Source: an uncultured Bacilli bacterium (GTDB lineage: Bacteria; Bacillota_I; Bacilli_A; RFN20; CAG-449). Taken from it: a stretch of DNA of 64,000 nucleotides. Below, piece after piece: positions 48,643-57,187 of the stretch; the stretch's first letter is position 1; each line of letters begins with the position of its first letter. The notes under the pieces are model-generated. The model saw only the letters and a list, made by a program, of their open reading frames with translations. It was not told the DNA's origin and searched no databases. The position numbers and the translations under genes were made by a program. The DNA lies in assembly GCA_947588815.1 (NCBI GenBank), contig CANQAG010000001.1:1038-65037 (forward strand), given 5' to 3'.

Positions 48643-48865
48643 TATTACGCACAATTTGAAGCAAAAGTAAATATAATAGTTTGTAGTTAAGTCTTTAAAA
48701 TGCGACTTTTTGTTTTAAATCATTTTGAAAACACTATTTTATAAATTTGATTGCTATAAATCTTAAAACTAATAAACATACTTTTTTTTACTTCGATGAT
48801 AAAATACAATAAAAAAGCCCGGAGAAAAAGAATTTCCAAGCTTTTTTGAATTTTGTAATTTGCGA

Positions 48866-49276
48866 TTAACGCTTGCTGAATTGCGGTGCACGACGTGCAG
48901 CTTTAAGACCGTATTTCTTACGTTCTTTAGCACGAGAATCTCTCGTAAGCATTCCTGCTACTTTGAGAGGTTTGCGCATTTCCGGCGTAACATTTAACAA
49001 CGCTCTAGCAATACCTAAACGAATTGCTCCGGCTTGTCCTGTAAATCCTCCGCCATATACGGTAGCTTTTACATCGAATTTATCTTCGGAAGAAGTTAAA
49101 ACTAATGGTTGCTTCAAATCCATAACTAATGTTGGATATGGCATATATTCGTTAACATCTCTACCGTTGACAACGATTGTACCTTTACCAGGAGTCAAAT
49201 AAACTCTGGCAATTGAAGATTTTCTACGCCCAGTACCATAATAGACGACGTCCTGAGCTTTTTTCTTAGCTGGCAT
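48866..49276 (-). CDS. rpsI: 30S ribosomal protein S9
   Basis: 136 aa. The C-terminal ...[17 protein letters not shown] is typical of S9. Confidence 0.95.
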   Translation of the reverse strand: MPAKKKAQDVVYYGTGRRKSSIARVYLTPGKGTIVVNGRDVNEYMPYPTLVMDLKQPLVLTSSEDKFDVKATVYGGGFTGQAGAIRLGIARALLNVTPEMRKPLKVAGMLTRDSRAKERKKYGLKAARRAPQFSKR

Positions 49277-49288
49277 TTATCTTTCCTC

Positions 49289-49729
49289 CTAATACTTTAA
49301 ATTGAGCACTTCAGGATTTTGAGCCTGTTGCTTGTGCTCACTACCTTCGTAGACAAATAACTTCTTATAAATTTGTCTTCCTAATCGACCTTTAGGTAAC
49401 ATCCCCCAAACGGCTCTTTCTACCATCTCAACCGGATATTCTCTTTTCATCACTCCGGCAGATCTTTTTCTGATTCCTCTTGCATAACCGGAAGCATTAT
49501 AATAGTACTTTTTGGCTTCCTGATCACCAGAGAAAGCGACTTTAGCGGCATTGACGATGATGATATAATCACCACAATCGACATTTGGAGTATAAATCGC
49601 TTTATTTTTGCCTGTTAAATAAACCGCGACTTCTGAGGCTAAACGACCTAATGGTTTGTCGGCTGCATCAACCACATACCATTTGCGTTCAATGTCTTTG
49701 GCTTTTGCAATAGTTGTTTGACGTTGCAT
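49289..49729 (-). CDS. rplM: 50S ribosomal protein L13
   Basis: 146 aa. The N-terminal ...KWYVVDAADKPLGRLAS is typical of L13. Forms the rplM-rpsI operon. Confidence 0.95.
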   Translation of the reverse strand: MQRQTTIAKAKDIERKWYVVDAADKPLGRLASEVAVYLTGKNKAIYTPNVDCGDYIIIVNAAKVAFSGDQEAKKYYYNASGYARGIRKRSAGVMKREYPVEMVERAVWGMLPKGRLGRQIYKKLFVYEGSEHKQQAQNPEVLNLKY

Positions 49730-50176
49730 GAATAATTCCTCCTAATAATTGTTTGTCTTACCGGGACTACAATTGGCGAATTAGTGCCACATACAATAAT
49801 AATTCAAAAGGCAATTTTTCGTCAATTAAATTTTACAAATATCTAAAAAACCTTTAAGTAATTGTCATATATTAATAAATGCAAACTAGTGAATCAATTA
49901 TTGAAAAGCCGATAATTTGATTGCTTTTATTTCCTTGACAAAACTAAAAATTTCAAATATAAGAAAATTTTATATAAGTGAAAAAAGTTTTTATTAAATA
50001 ATTATCTTTATACATTGCCTTGTTTAAATAAACATAACAAAATAAATTGTTTGATATGCAAGTTTAAGGCATATCAAATTATCAATCAAGTCATATGCAA
50101 ATCCTTTTGTCTTTCAAATAAGCAGTATTATTTATTTAGATATCGTGTTATAGTAATAAAAAAAGAGAGGGTCTTT

Positions 50177-51070
50177 ATGATTGCGTTATTTGGTGAAATG
50201 ATTTTAGATATCGTCGAAGAGCAAGAAACGCTATATTATGCTGGAGGTGCTCCATATAATGTCGCAAAAAGATATTCACACTTAGGCAAAAAGTGTTATT
50301 TTTGCTCTACAATCGGCAATGACAAAGAAGGATTGATTTTAAAAAACGATTTAATTAATCATCCCAATATCACCGCTTTTATTTCCCAACAAGAAGAATA
50401 CAAAAGCGGTGTTTCCAAAGTCTCAATCGATCAAAATGGAGAACGTCATTTTCACTTTGAAGAAAATCGCGCTTATGAATTATTAAACGATGAAAACGTC
50501 GACATGCTAATTTCAGAATGTGACCTTTTTCACTTTGCCTCTTTACCATTAACGTCTAAGCAAGGCGAAGAAAAAACGGAAAAATTGATGAGTTTTTTAA
50601 ACAAGCAGAATAAGATAGTCAGTTTTGATGTGAACCTTCGTCCTTCATTATTTGCTTCTAATGCAAAAATGAAAGAGACATATCTTAAAATTCTTCCCCT
50701 TTGCGATATTCTTAAAATGAGTGAAGATGAAGCAAAAATATTAAATATCTCTTCAAGTAATTTAAAGAAAGACTGTTTATTATTTATTACAAAAGGCCAA
50801 GAAGGTGCTGAGCTTTATTATCATGATTTTCATATTTCGTCACCCGCTATTAAGTGTTCTTGTTTAAATACTCTTGGTGCCGGCGACGCTTTTATGGCCG
50901 GAGTTCTATATATGTATCAAGAATGTAAAAATTCACTTTCTAACTCTCTAAAGCAAATCTTAACCTTCGCTATCGCCAATGGTTCTTACGCGGTGTCTCA
51001 TCCACTCGACGATTATCCTTCTAAAGAGAAACTGATAAATTTTATATTTTCAAATAAAAATAGCATTTAA
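50177..51070 (+). CDS. PfkB-family carbohydrate kinase (fructokinase / ribokinase-like)
   Basis: GG N-terminal motif (GEMILDIV...) and C-terminal GAGDAF anion-hole motif. The ORF track starts at 50015. MIALFGEM at 50177 has a better RBS (AAGAGAGGG). Confidence 0.75.
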   Translation: MIALFGEMILDIVEEQETLYYAGGAPYNVAKRYSHLGKKCYFCSTIGNDKEGLILKNDLINHPNITAFISQQEEYKSGVSKVSIDQNGERHFHFEENRAYELLNDENVDMLISECDLFHFASLPLTSKQGEEKTEKLMSFLNKQNKIVSFDVNLRPSLFASNAKMKETYLKILPLCDILKMSEDEAKILNISSSNLKKDCLLFITKGQEGAELYYHDFHISSPAIKCSCLNTLGAGDAFMAGVLYMYQECKNSLSNSLKQILTFAIANGSYAVSHPLDDYPSKEKLINFIFSNKNSI

Positions 51071-51100
51071 AAAAACCTCAATTTGCATTGAGGTTTTTTA
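51070..51100. terminator. Bidirectional rho-independent terminator between the convergent pfkB-like gene and the PFOR gene (A6-CCTCAA-tttgca-TTGAGG-T6)
   Basis: Perfect 6-bp stem flanked by A- and T-runs. Confidence 0.75.
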
Positions 51101-51103
51101 GTA

Positions 51104-54100
51104 TTAATCAGCTAATTTTTTAAATCTCTTCCAACGCATTGCCGCATATTGTTGTGATTTAGTCAACAATTCTTCAGCATGTTCCGGATTAACTTTCGGA
51201 AGTTGTGAATAACGTGTCTCACACATCACGAAATCTCTGAATTTAGAGAAGTCCGGTTCTGGGCAATCTAACTGCATCGGATTTTTACCTTGAGCTTCCA
51301 AACGTGGATCATAACGGAAAATCGGGAAGTATCCACATTCAACGGCTTTCTTTTCGGTTAATTGCGAGTTAGCTAAACCACCTTTAATACCATGAGCTTG
51401 ACATGGCGAATAGCAGATGATAAGCGATGGTCCATCATAACTTTCAGCTTCTTGCAAAGCTTTAATCGCTTGCATTTTATTAGCACCCATTGCGATTTGA
51501 GCGACATAAACATGACCATAAGAAATCGCCATCATCGCCAAATTCTTTTTCGCAGTCTTTTTGCCGGAAGCTGTAAATTTAGCGATGGAACCGGTTTGTG
51601 AAGATTTGGAAGATTGACCACCGGTATTTGAATAAACTTCGGTATCCAAGACTAAGATGTTGACGTCTTCTTCATTGGCAACAACGTGATCTAATCCGCC
51701 ATAGCCAATATCGTAAGCCCATCCGTCACCACCGACAATCCATACTGATTTATCGATCAAATCTCTTTCAAATTCCAAAACCTTCTTGATTTCTTCATTT
51801 TTAGAAGCCTTGATTAAACTTACTAAACGATCAACGATCGTTCTTACAAATTTACGATCTTTGATTTTTTCGATATATTGATTGATTAAATCTTTAAGTT
51901 CATCTTCGACATTATCTTTATTTTCTTCTAAGATTTTAACGATTTGTGCCAACTTATAGTTGGTTGCAACTCTCATACCGTAACCATATTCAGCGTTATC
52001 TTCAAATAGCGAGTTAGCCCAAGCGATACCTTCACCATTTTTATCAGTGCAGAATGGTGTTAAAGGAGTAGAACCATTATAAATTGATGAACATCCAGTC
52101 GCATTGGCCACTAGCATATCTTTACCGAAAAGTTGTGAGACCAAACGATAATATGGTGTTTCGCCACATCCAGCACATGCTCCGGATACTTCGACATATG
52201 GCATCAAGAAACTTGCGCCTTTAACGGTCGTTGTTGGGAATAATCCTTCCTTATACGGAACTTCTTTATAAAGATAATCAGCAGCGGGTTCTTGATCAAA
52301 TTGTGTCTTTGATTCAACCATCTGTAAAGCTTTTTGCCCTTGTTTTCCTGGACATTCAACGACGCAAAGTCCACATCCGACACAGTTGCGCGGTGTCACT
52401 TGAATGCGATATTTTAATCCTTTGACGTTCGGTCCGCCAAGCGCATCTAAGACATCCTTGTTACCCGGAATCTTACTCACTTCTTCATCAGTGAGCATAA
52501 AGGCCCTTATGGTTGCATGAGGACAAACGAAGGCGCATTGTCCGCATTGAATACAATTCTCTTTAATCCACATCGGAACTTTGTCGGCGATGGAACGTTT
52601 TTCCTTAAAGGTCACATTATTGCGCATCGTACCATCCAATAATTCGTATTCGGTAAATTTAGATACCGGTAAATTGTATCCATCTAAAGATCCGATAACG
52701 TTGACATATGAATCAAAGTATTCATCGTCACTAGCGGTTTGGGTTTGATTCAAAGGTAATGAAGACCATTCCGGTTTCACTTCGACTTCGATTAAGCCAT
52801 CGGCGCCGGCATCGATTGCATCCCAGTTCATCTTTACGATTTCATCGCCCTTTTTAGCATAGCTCTTCTTGGCAAATTTTTTCATCCAATCTTGAGCTTC
52901 GGCATAAGGCATAATGTTTTGATTCAAGTAGAAGAAACTAGCTTGTAAAATAGTGTTGGTTCTTCGACCTAATCCGATTTTTGCAGCGATTGCATTTGCG
53001 TCGATAATATAAAATTTAGCTTTTTTATCAGCAAGTTGTTTCTTAACACGATTTGGAAGTTTAGCTTCTAATTCATCAGGAAGAATATCGGTGTTAAGTA
53101 AGAATGTTCCGCCCATCTTCAAGCACTTGAGCATATCAAACTTGTAAATATAACTATCGAGCGAGCATGATAGGAAATCAGCGTGTTCAATATAATAAGT
53201 CGAATGAATCGGTTTTTTTCCGAAACGCAAGTGTGAACGAGTGACACCACCCGCTTTACGGGAGTCGTAAGCGAAATACGCTTGCGCATATTGTCCGGTA
53301 GCATCACCGATAATCTTAATTGAAGATTTATTGGCCGAAACGGTACCATCAGATCCTAATCCATAGAATAAGCAAGAAGTGTAATCACCTTCAACATGGA
53401 AAGAATCATCGACCGGAATCGATAAGTGAGTGACATCATCGACGATTCCAACCGTAAATGAATTCCAATTTTTATCGCTATCTAAGAAATCGTAAACTGC
53501 TTTAATGTGTTTCGGTTGCGTATCTTTGCTTGAAAGACCATAACGACCTCCTAAAACGACATCGACATTGCGACCTTCTTGACGTAAAGCAGCGACAACA
53601 TCCAAATAAAGCGGTTCTCCGGTCGCCCCGATTTCCTTGGTGCGATCCAAAACAGCGATCTTTTTAACGCTGGCTGGCAAAGCCTTAACAAAATAGGCAC
53701 TAGCGAAAGGACGATAAAGATGAACTTTTACTAAACCTACTTTTTCGCCCTTAGCATTTAAAGCATCGACCACTTCGCGAGTGGTTTCAGTGACTGATCC
53801 CATCGCCACAATCACGCGAGTGGCATTCTTATCGCCATAATAAACAAATGGCGCATATTCACGGCCGGTTAATTCACTGACCTTTTTAAAATACTCATCT
53901 GCGATTTCCACGACTTTAGCAAAGTGTTGGTTTTGAGCTTCGCGGCCTTGGAAATAGATATCGTCATTTTCAGCCCCACCGCGAGTTACGGCATGAGTAT
54001 GAGGATTTAAAGCTCTTTTTCTGAAATTTTCTAATTTTTCTTGATCGATTAATTTGTTCCATTCGGAATTATCGACGAATTCCACGTTTTGAATTTCATG

Positions 54101-54643
54101 TGAAGTTCTAAAACCATCGAAGAAGTGCACTACAGGAGCCTCAGATTTAATGGCAATCAAGTGTGCCAAAGGCGCTAAATCCGCACATTCTTGAACCGAA
54201 TGAGAACAAAGCATAGTCACGCCCGTCTGTCTCACTGCATAAATATCTTGATGATCGCCAAAGATTGAAAGCGAACGTGTCGCCAAACTTCTGGCCGAAA
54301 CATGCAAAACAGCCGGCAACATTTCACCAACCCATTTATAGATATTCGGAATCATCAACAATAGGCCTTGTGAAGCGGTGTAAGTTGTCGCCAAAGCTCC
54401 AGCTTGCAAAGCACCATGTACAGTTCCCGATGCACCTGCTTCAGATTGCATTTCCACAACTTTAACTTCAGTTCCAAAGCAGTTTTTCTTTCCTTCTGAA
54501 GCGTATTGTTCGACTAATTCAGCCATCGTTGAAGATGGGGTAATCGGATAAATGCTTGCCACTTCAGTGAAATTGTAGGAAGCTAACGCAGTCGCCGTGT
54601 TTCCATCAACTGAAAGGAAAGATTTTTTGGTATTTTCTTCCAT
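51104..54643 (-). CDS. por: Pyruvate:ferredoxin (flavodoxin) oxidoreductase, single-polypeptide PFOR (NifJ/PorA type)
   Basis: 1179 aa. Domain order I-VI, with 2x[4Fe-4S] ferredoxin motifs (CIQCGQCAFVCP, CVGCGLCVVECP) and a TPP-binding C-terminal domain (GDGW...). Confidence 0.95.
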   Translation of the reverse strand: MEENTKKSFLSVDGNTATALASYNFTEVASIYPITPSSTMAELVEQYASEGKKNCFGTEVKVVEMQSEAGASGTVHGALQAGALATTYTASQGLLLMIPNIYKWVGEMLPAVLHVSARSLATRSLSIFGDHQDIYAVRQTGVTMLCSHSVQECADLAPLAHLIAIKSEAPVVHFFDGFRTSHEIQNVEFVDNSEWNKLIDQEKLENFRKRALNPHTHAVTRGGAENDDIYFQGREAQNQHFAKVVEIADEYFKKVSELTGREYAPFVYYGDKNATRVIVAMGSVTETTREVVDALNAKGEKVGLVKVHLYRPFASAYFVKALPASVKKIAVLDRTKEIGATGEPLYLDVVAALRQEGRNVDVVLGGRYGLSSKDTQPKHIKAVYDFLDSDKNWNSFTVGIVDDVTHLSIPVDDSFHVEGDYTSCLFYGLGSDGTVSANKSSIKIIGDATGQYAQAYFAYDSRKAGGVTRSHLRFGKKPIHSTYYIEHADFLSCSLDSYIYKFDMLKCLKMGGTFLLNTDILPDELEAKLPNRVKKQLADKKAKFYIIDANAIAAKIGLGRRTNTILQASFFYLNQNIMPYAEAQDWMKKFAKKSYAKKGDEIVKMNWDAIDAGADGLIEVEVKPEWSSLPLNQTQTASDDEYFDSYVNVIGSLDGYNLPVSKFTEYELLDGTMRNNVTFKEKRSIADKVPMWIKENCIQCGQCAFVCPHATIRAFMLTDEEVSKIPGNKDVLDALGGPNVKGLKYRIQVTPRNCVGCGLCVVECPGKQGQKALQMVESKTQFDQEPAADYLYKEVPYKEGLFPTTTVKGASFLMPYVEVSGACAGCGETPYYRLVSQLFGKDMLVANATGCSSIYNGSTPLTPFCTDKNGEGIAWANSLFEDNAEYGYGMRVATNYKLAQIVKILEENKDNVEDELKDLINQYIEKIKDRKFVRTIVDRLVSLIKASKNEEIKKVLEFERDLIDKSVWIVGGDGWAYDIGYGGLDHVVANEEDVNILVLDTEVYSNTGGQSSKSSQTGSIAKFTASGKKTAKKNLAMMAISYGHVYVAQIAMGANKMQAIKALQEAESYDGPSLIICYSPCQAHGIKGGLANSQLTEKKAVECGYFPIFRYDPRLEAQGKNPMQLDCPEPDFSKFRDFVMCETRYSQLPKVNPEHAEELLTKSQQYAAMRWKRFKKLAD

Positions 54644-54723
54644 TCTTATTTCCTCCTAATAAAAACCATTAATTAGTATATACCATAAATGACGAGATTT
54701 CTATATCAAGATTGATATAGAAG

Positions 54724-55599
54724 CTAAAATTTTAAACCTTTAAGATAGTTTTGCACTTTCTCTTTCAAATCATTTCGATCAAGAGCAAAATCAATCGTGG
54801 CTTTTACAAAGCCGAATTTATCGCCGACATCGTATCTTTCACCTTCAAAACGGCAAGCGTAGATCTTTTCGCTTTCTAAAAAGCGTTGTAAAGCATCCGT
54901 CAATTGAATTTCATTACCTTTACCGGGCTTTTGAGTTTTCAATAACTCAAATAATTTCGGAGTTAAAACATAGCGACCCAAAACGGCTTCACAAGAAGGC
55001 GCTTCTTCAACTTTTGGCTTTTCGACCATATCTGAAATTTCAAACAAATCGCTTACTTTTTCTTTAGGAGCCACAATGCCATATTTAGAAACATCATTTT
55101 GATCGACTTTTTGAACTCCAAGAATTGAAGAATTCGTTTTTTCGTATGCTTTAATCAACTGTTTTAAAGCCGGTTCTCCATGGCGATTGATCACTAAATC
55201 ATCGCCCAACAACACGGCAAAAGGTTCATTTCCTACAAAAGATTCGCCGCACAAAATCGCATGACCTAAACCTTTGGGTTCTTTTTGACTGACAAAATAA
55301 ACTTTAGCCATCTCGGCGATATCGCGAATCATTTTCACTTCTTCGTTTTTACCGCTTTCTTTCAAGCGCGTTTCTAGTTCATAACTGACATCGAAGTGTT
55401 TCTCAATCGAGGTTTTGTTGCTATTAGTAACAATCAAAATTTCTTCAATACCTGACTGACGCGCCTCTTCAACAATATATTGAATTGTCGGAATATCAAT
55501 TATCGGAAGCATTTCTTTAGGAAGTGCTTTAGTCGCAGGTAAAAAACGAGTACCGAGACCTGCCGCGGGTATGATCGCTTTTCTAACTTTATAATTCAT
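54724..55599 (-). CDS. galU: UTP--glucose-1-phosphate uridylyltransferase
   Basis: 291 aa. N-terminal KAIIPAAGLGTRFLPATKALPKEMLP nucleotidyltransferase signature. Confidence 0.9.
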   Translation of the reverse strand: MNYKVRKAIIPAAGLGTRFLPATKALPKEMLPIIDIPTIQYIVEEARQSGIEEILIVTNSNKTSIEKHFDVSYELETRLKESGKNEEVKMIRDIAEMAKVYFVSQKEPKGLGHAILCGESFVGNEPFAVLLGDDLVINRHGEPALKQLIKAYEKTNSSILGVQKVDQNDVSKYGIVAPKEKVSDLFEISDMVEKPKVEEAPSCEAVLGRYVLTPKLFELLKTQKPGKGNEIQLTDALQRFLESEKIYACRFEGERYDVGDKFGFVKATIDFALDRNDLKEKVQNYLKGLKF

Positions 55600-55718
55600 A
55601 TTTCCACCTCGTTTATATCATAATACATCAAGAAAGACTTTTCCATCCTATAATTTTGAAAAGCCTTGCTAAACTAGTTTATATTATTGTAAAATTTTAA
55701 TGTTAGGAGGTGGTCAAA

Positions 55719-55982
55719 GTGATTAAAATTGAAGGCAAAGTCAATAATCCACTCGGTCTTACCTCGCGACTGTCCGCAGATTTAGTCGCTGAGGCCAATC
55801 GATACAAATGTGCTTCGACGCTAGTAATCAACGACGAACGAGCCGATCTTAAATCGATTATGAATGTTATGGCACTCATCATCGTGAGTGGTACATCCTT
55901 CACAATTGAATTAGAGGGCGAAGATGAAAGTATCGCCGCTACCAAATTTGAAAGTTTATTAACATCGTTGAAATTAAAATAA
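55719..55982 (+). CDS. HPr-family phosphocarrier-like protein lacking the catalytic His15 (Crh-like), with the regulatory Ser46 retained
   Basis: HPr fold alignment: position 15 is Ser/Thr (GLTSRLSA instead of GIHARPA), while the Ser46 context (KSIMNVM) is conserved. Likely GTG start at 55719 with an AGGAGGTGG RBS (the ORF track starts at 55710). Confidence 0.65.
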   Translation: MIKIEGKVNNPLGLTSRLSADLVAEANRYKCASTLVINDERADLKSIMNVMALIIVSGTSFTIELEGEDESIAATKFESLLTSLKLK

Positions 55983-56018
55983 TTAGAATGTTTAAGTTCG
56001 CATCCTTCATACCATTAA

Positions 56019-57050
56019 ATGGGTGAAATTATGCGGACTTTTTTAAATATCAATCTTGAAAACATGAAAAATAATTTTCTTTATTTACGTAAAAAATCTG
56101 GAAAAGACATTATCGCTGTAGTGAAAAGCAACGCTTATGGTCACGGACTTATAGAGTGTTCTAAATTATTCTCTTCTTTGGGCGCAACAATGTTAGCGGT
56201 CGCCACATTTGAAGAAGCCATTTCAATTAGAAAAAATTTAATTCAAACTCCAATACTCTTATTTGAACCGGCAACCGAATTAAATATTCTATATAGTTAT
56301 CGAATAACTCTTTCAATCTCTTCAATAGACTATTTAGAAGAACTCTCAAAAAGTCGCATTCCTTTTTCAATTCATCTCGCTTTAGAAACCGGTTTTAATC
56401 GTTTAGGTATCCTTGAAAAAGATATCGATAAAGCAATTTCGATCATTAAAAATAGTCATTTAAATCTCAAAGGCATTTATACTCATTTTGCCGATGAAAA
56501 CAAGTTTGATGAACAATATCAAACTTTCAAACGGATGCTTCAAAAATTTAAAGATTTCCATTCTTTAATTATCCACACTTCATCATCATCCTTTATTGAA
56601 AAATCGATTCCCGAAACGAACGCATGTCGAATCGGATTATATCTTTATGGCATCAGTTCTCAATATTCGGATTTAAAACCTTGTCTAGAATGTTTTGCGC
56701 CAATATATCGAATAAAGCACGTTAACGAAAAAGAAACAGTAGGTTATGATCAACTTGGCGTATGTCAAAGTCAAGGGAACGTCATCACAATACCTTTAGG
56801 ATATAGCGACGGATGGAATTCCAAACGAAAGACCATCGCTTATCAAGAAGATTACTTACCGCAAATTGGCAAAACTTGCATGGATCACATGATGTTTTTT
56901 TCGCGTGAAGTTCTCGATCCTACAAAACCGCTTGAAATCATCGGATCACACATTAAAGTGATCGATTTAGCCAAGTTATACAACATTTCCCCACACGAAA
57001 TCTTAGCGACTTTAAGTCCCCGATTAAAAAGGAATTATTATAGAGTTTAA
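56019..57050 (+). CDS. alr: Alanine racemase
   Basis: PLP-lysine motif VVKSNAYGHG. Fold type III TIM barrel plus C-terminal beta domain (about 340 aa). Likely start MRTF at 56031. Confidence 0.8.
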   Translation: MGEIMRTFLNINLENMKNNFLYLRKKSGKDIIAVVKSNAYGHGLIECSKLFSSLGATMLAVATFEEAISIRKNLIQTPILLFEPATELNILYSYRITLSISSIDYLEELSKSRIPFSIHLALETGFNRLGILEKDIDKAISIIKNSHLNLKGIYTHFADENKFDEQYQTFKRMLQKFKDFHSLIIHTSSSSFIEKSIPETNACRIGLYLYGISSQYSDLKPCLECFAPIYRIKHVNEKETVGYDQLGVCQSQGNVITIPLGYSDGWNSKRKTIAYQEDYLPQIGKTCMDHMMFFSREVLDPTKPLEIIGSHIKVIDLAKLYNISPHEILATLSPRLKRNYYRV

Positions 57051-57128
57051 ATTGATATTTAAAAAATTCAGTGTGAGAAAATTCGGCTACTTAAAATAAG
57101 TTTGTTTCCAATGTATTTAAACTAAAAA

Positions 57129-57157
57129 TAGCGAGAATAATTGTCTCGCTATTTTCT
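57129..57157. terminator. Bidirectional terminator between convergent alr and the LRR protein gene (TAGCGAGA-ataattg-TCTCGCTA flanked by A5/T4)
   Basis: 8-bp perfect stem. Confidence 0.6.
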
Positions 57158-57187
57158 TAAATGGCTAAACATATTTTGATATTGACT

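Noticed and set aside
48560-48660. Segment resembling a tRNA T-arm (GGTCTCGAACCCC) downstream of the XRE-TM gene
   Set aside because: No acceptor, D or anticodon arms can be built. It is better explained as the loop of a long terminator hairpin (GTGTCGGT...ACCGACAC) for rpsI.
50015-50176. N-terminal 54-aa extension of the PfkB kinase ORF as given in the ORF track
   Set aside because: The extension (MPCLNKHNKINCLICKFKAYQ...) is low-complexity, has no RBS, and contains the upstream palindrome. MIALFGEM at 50177 has a proper RBS and matches PfkB N-termini.
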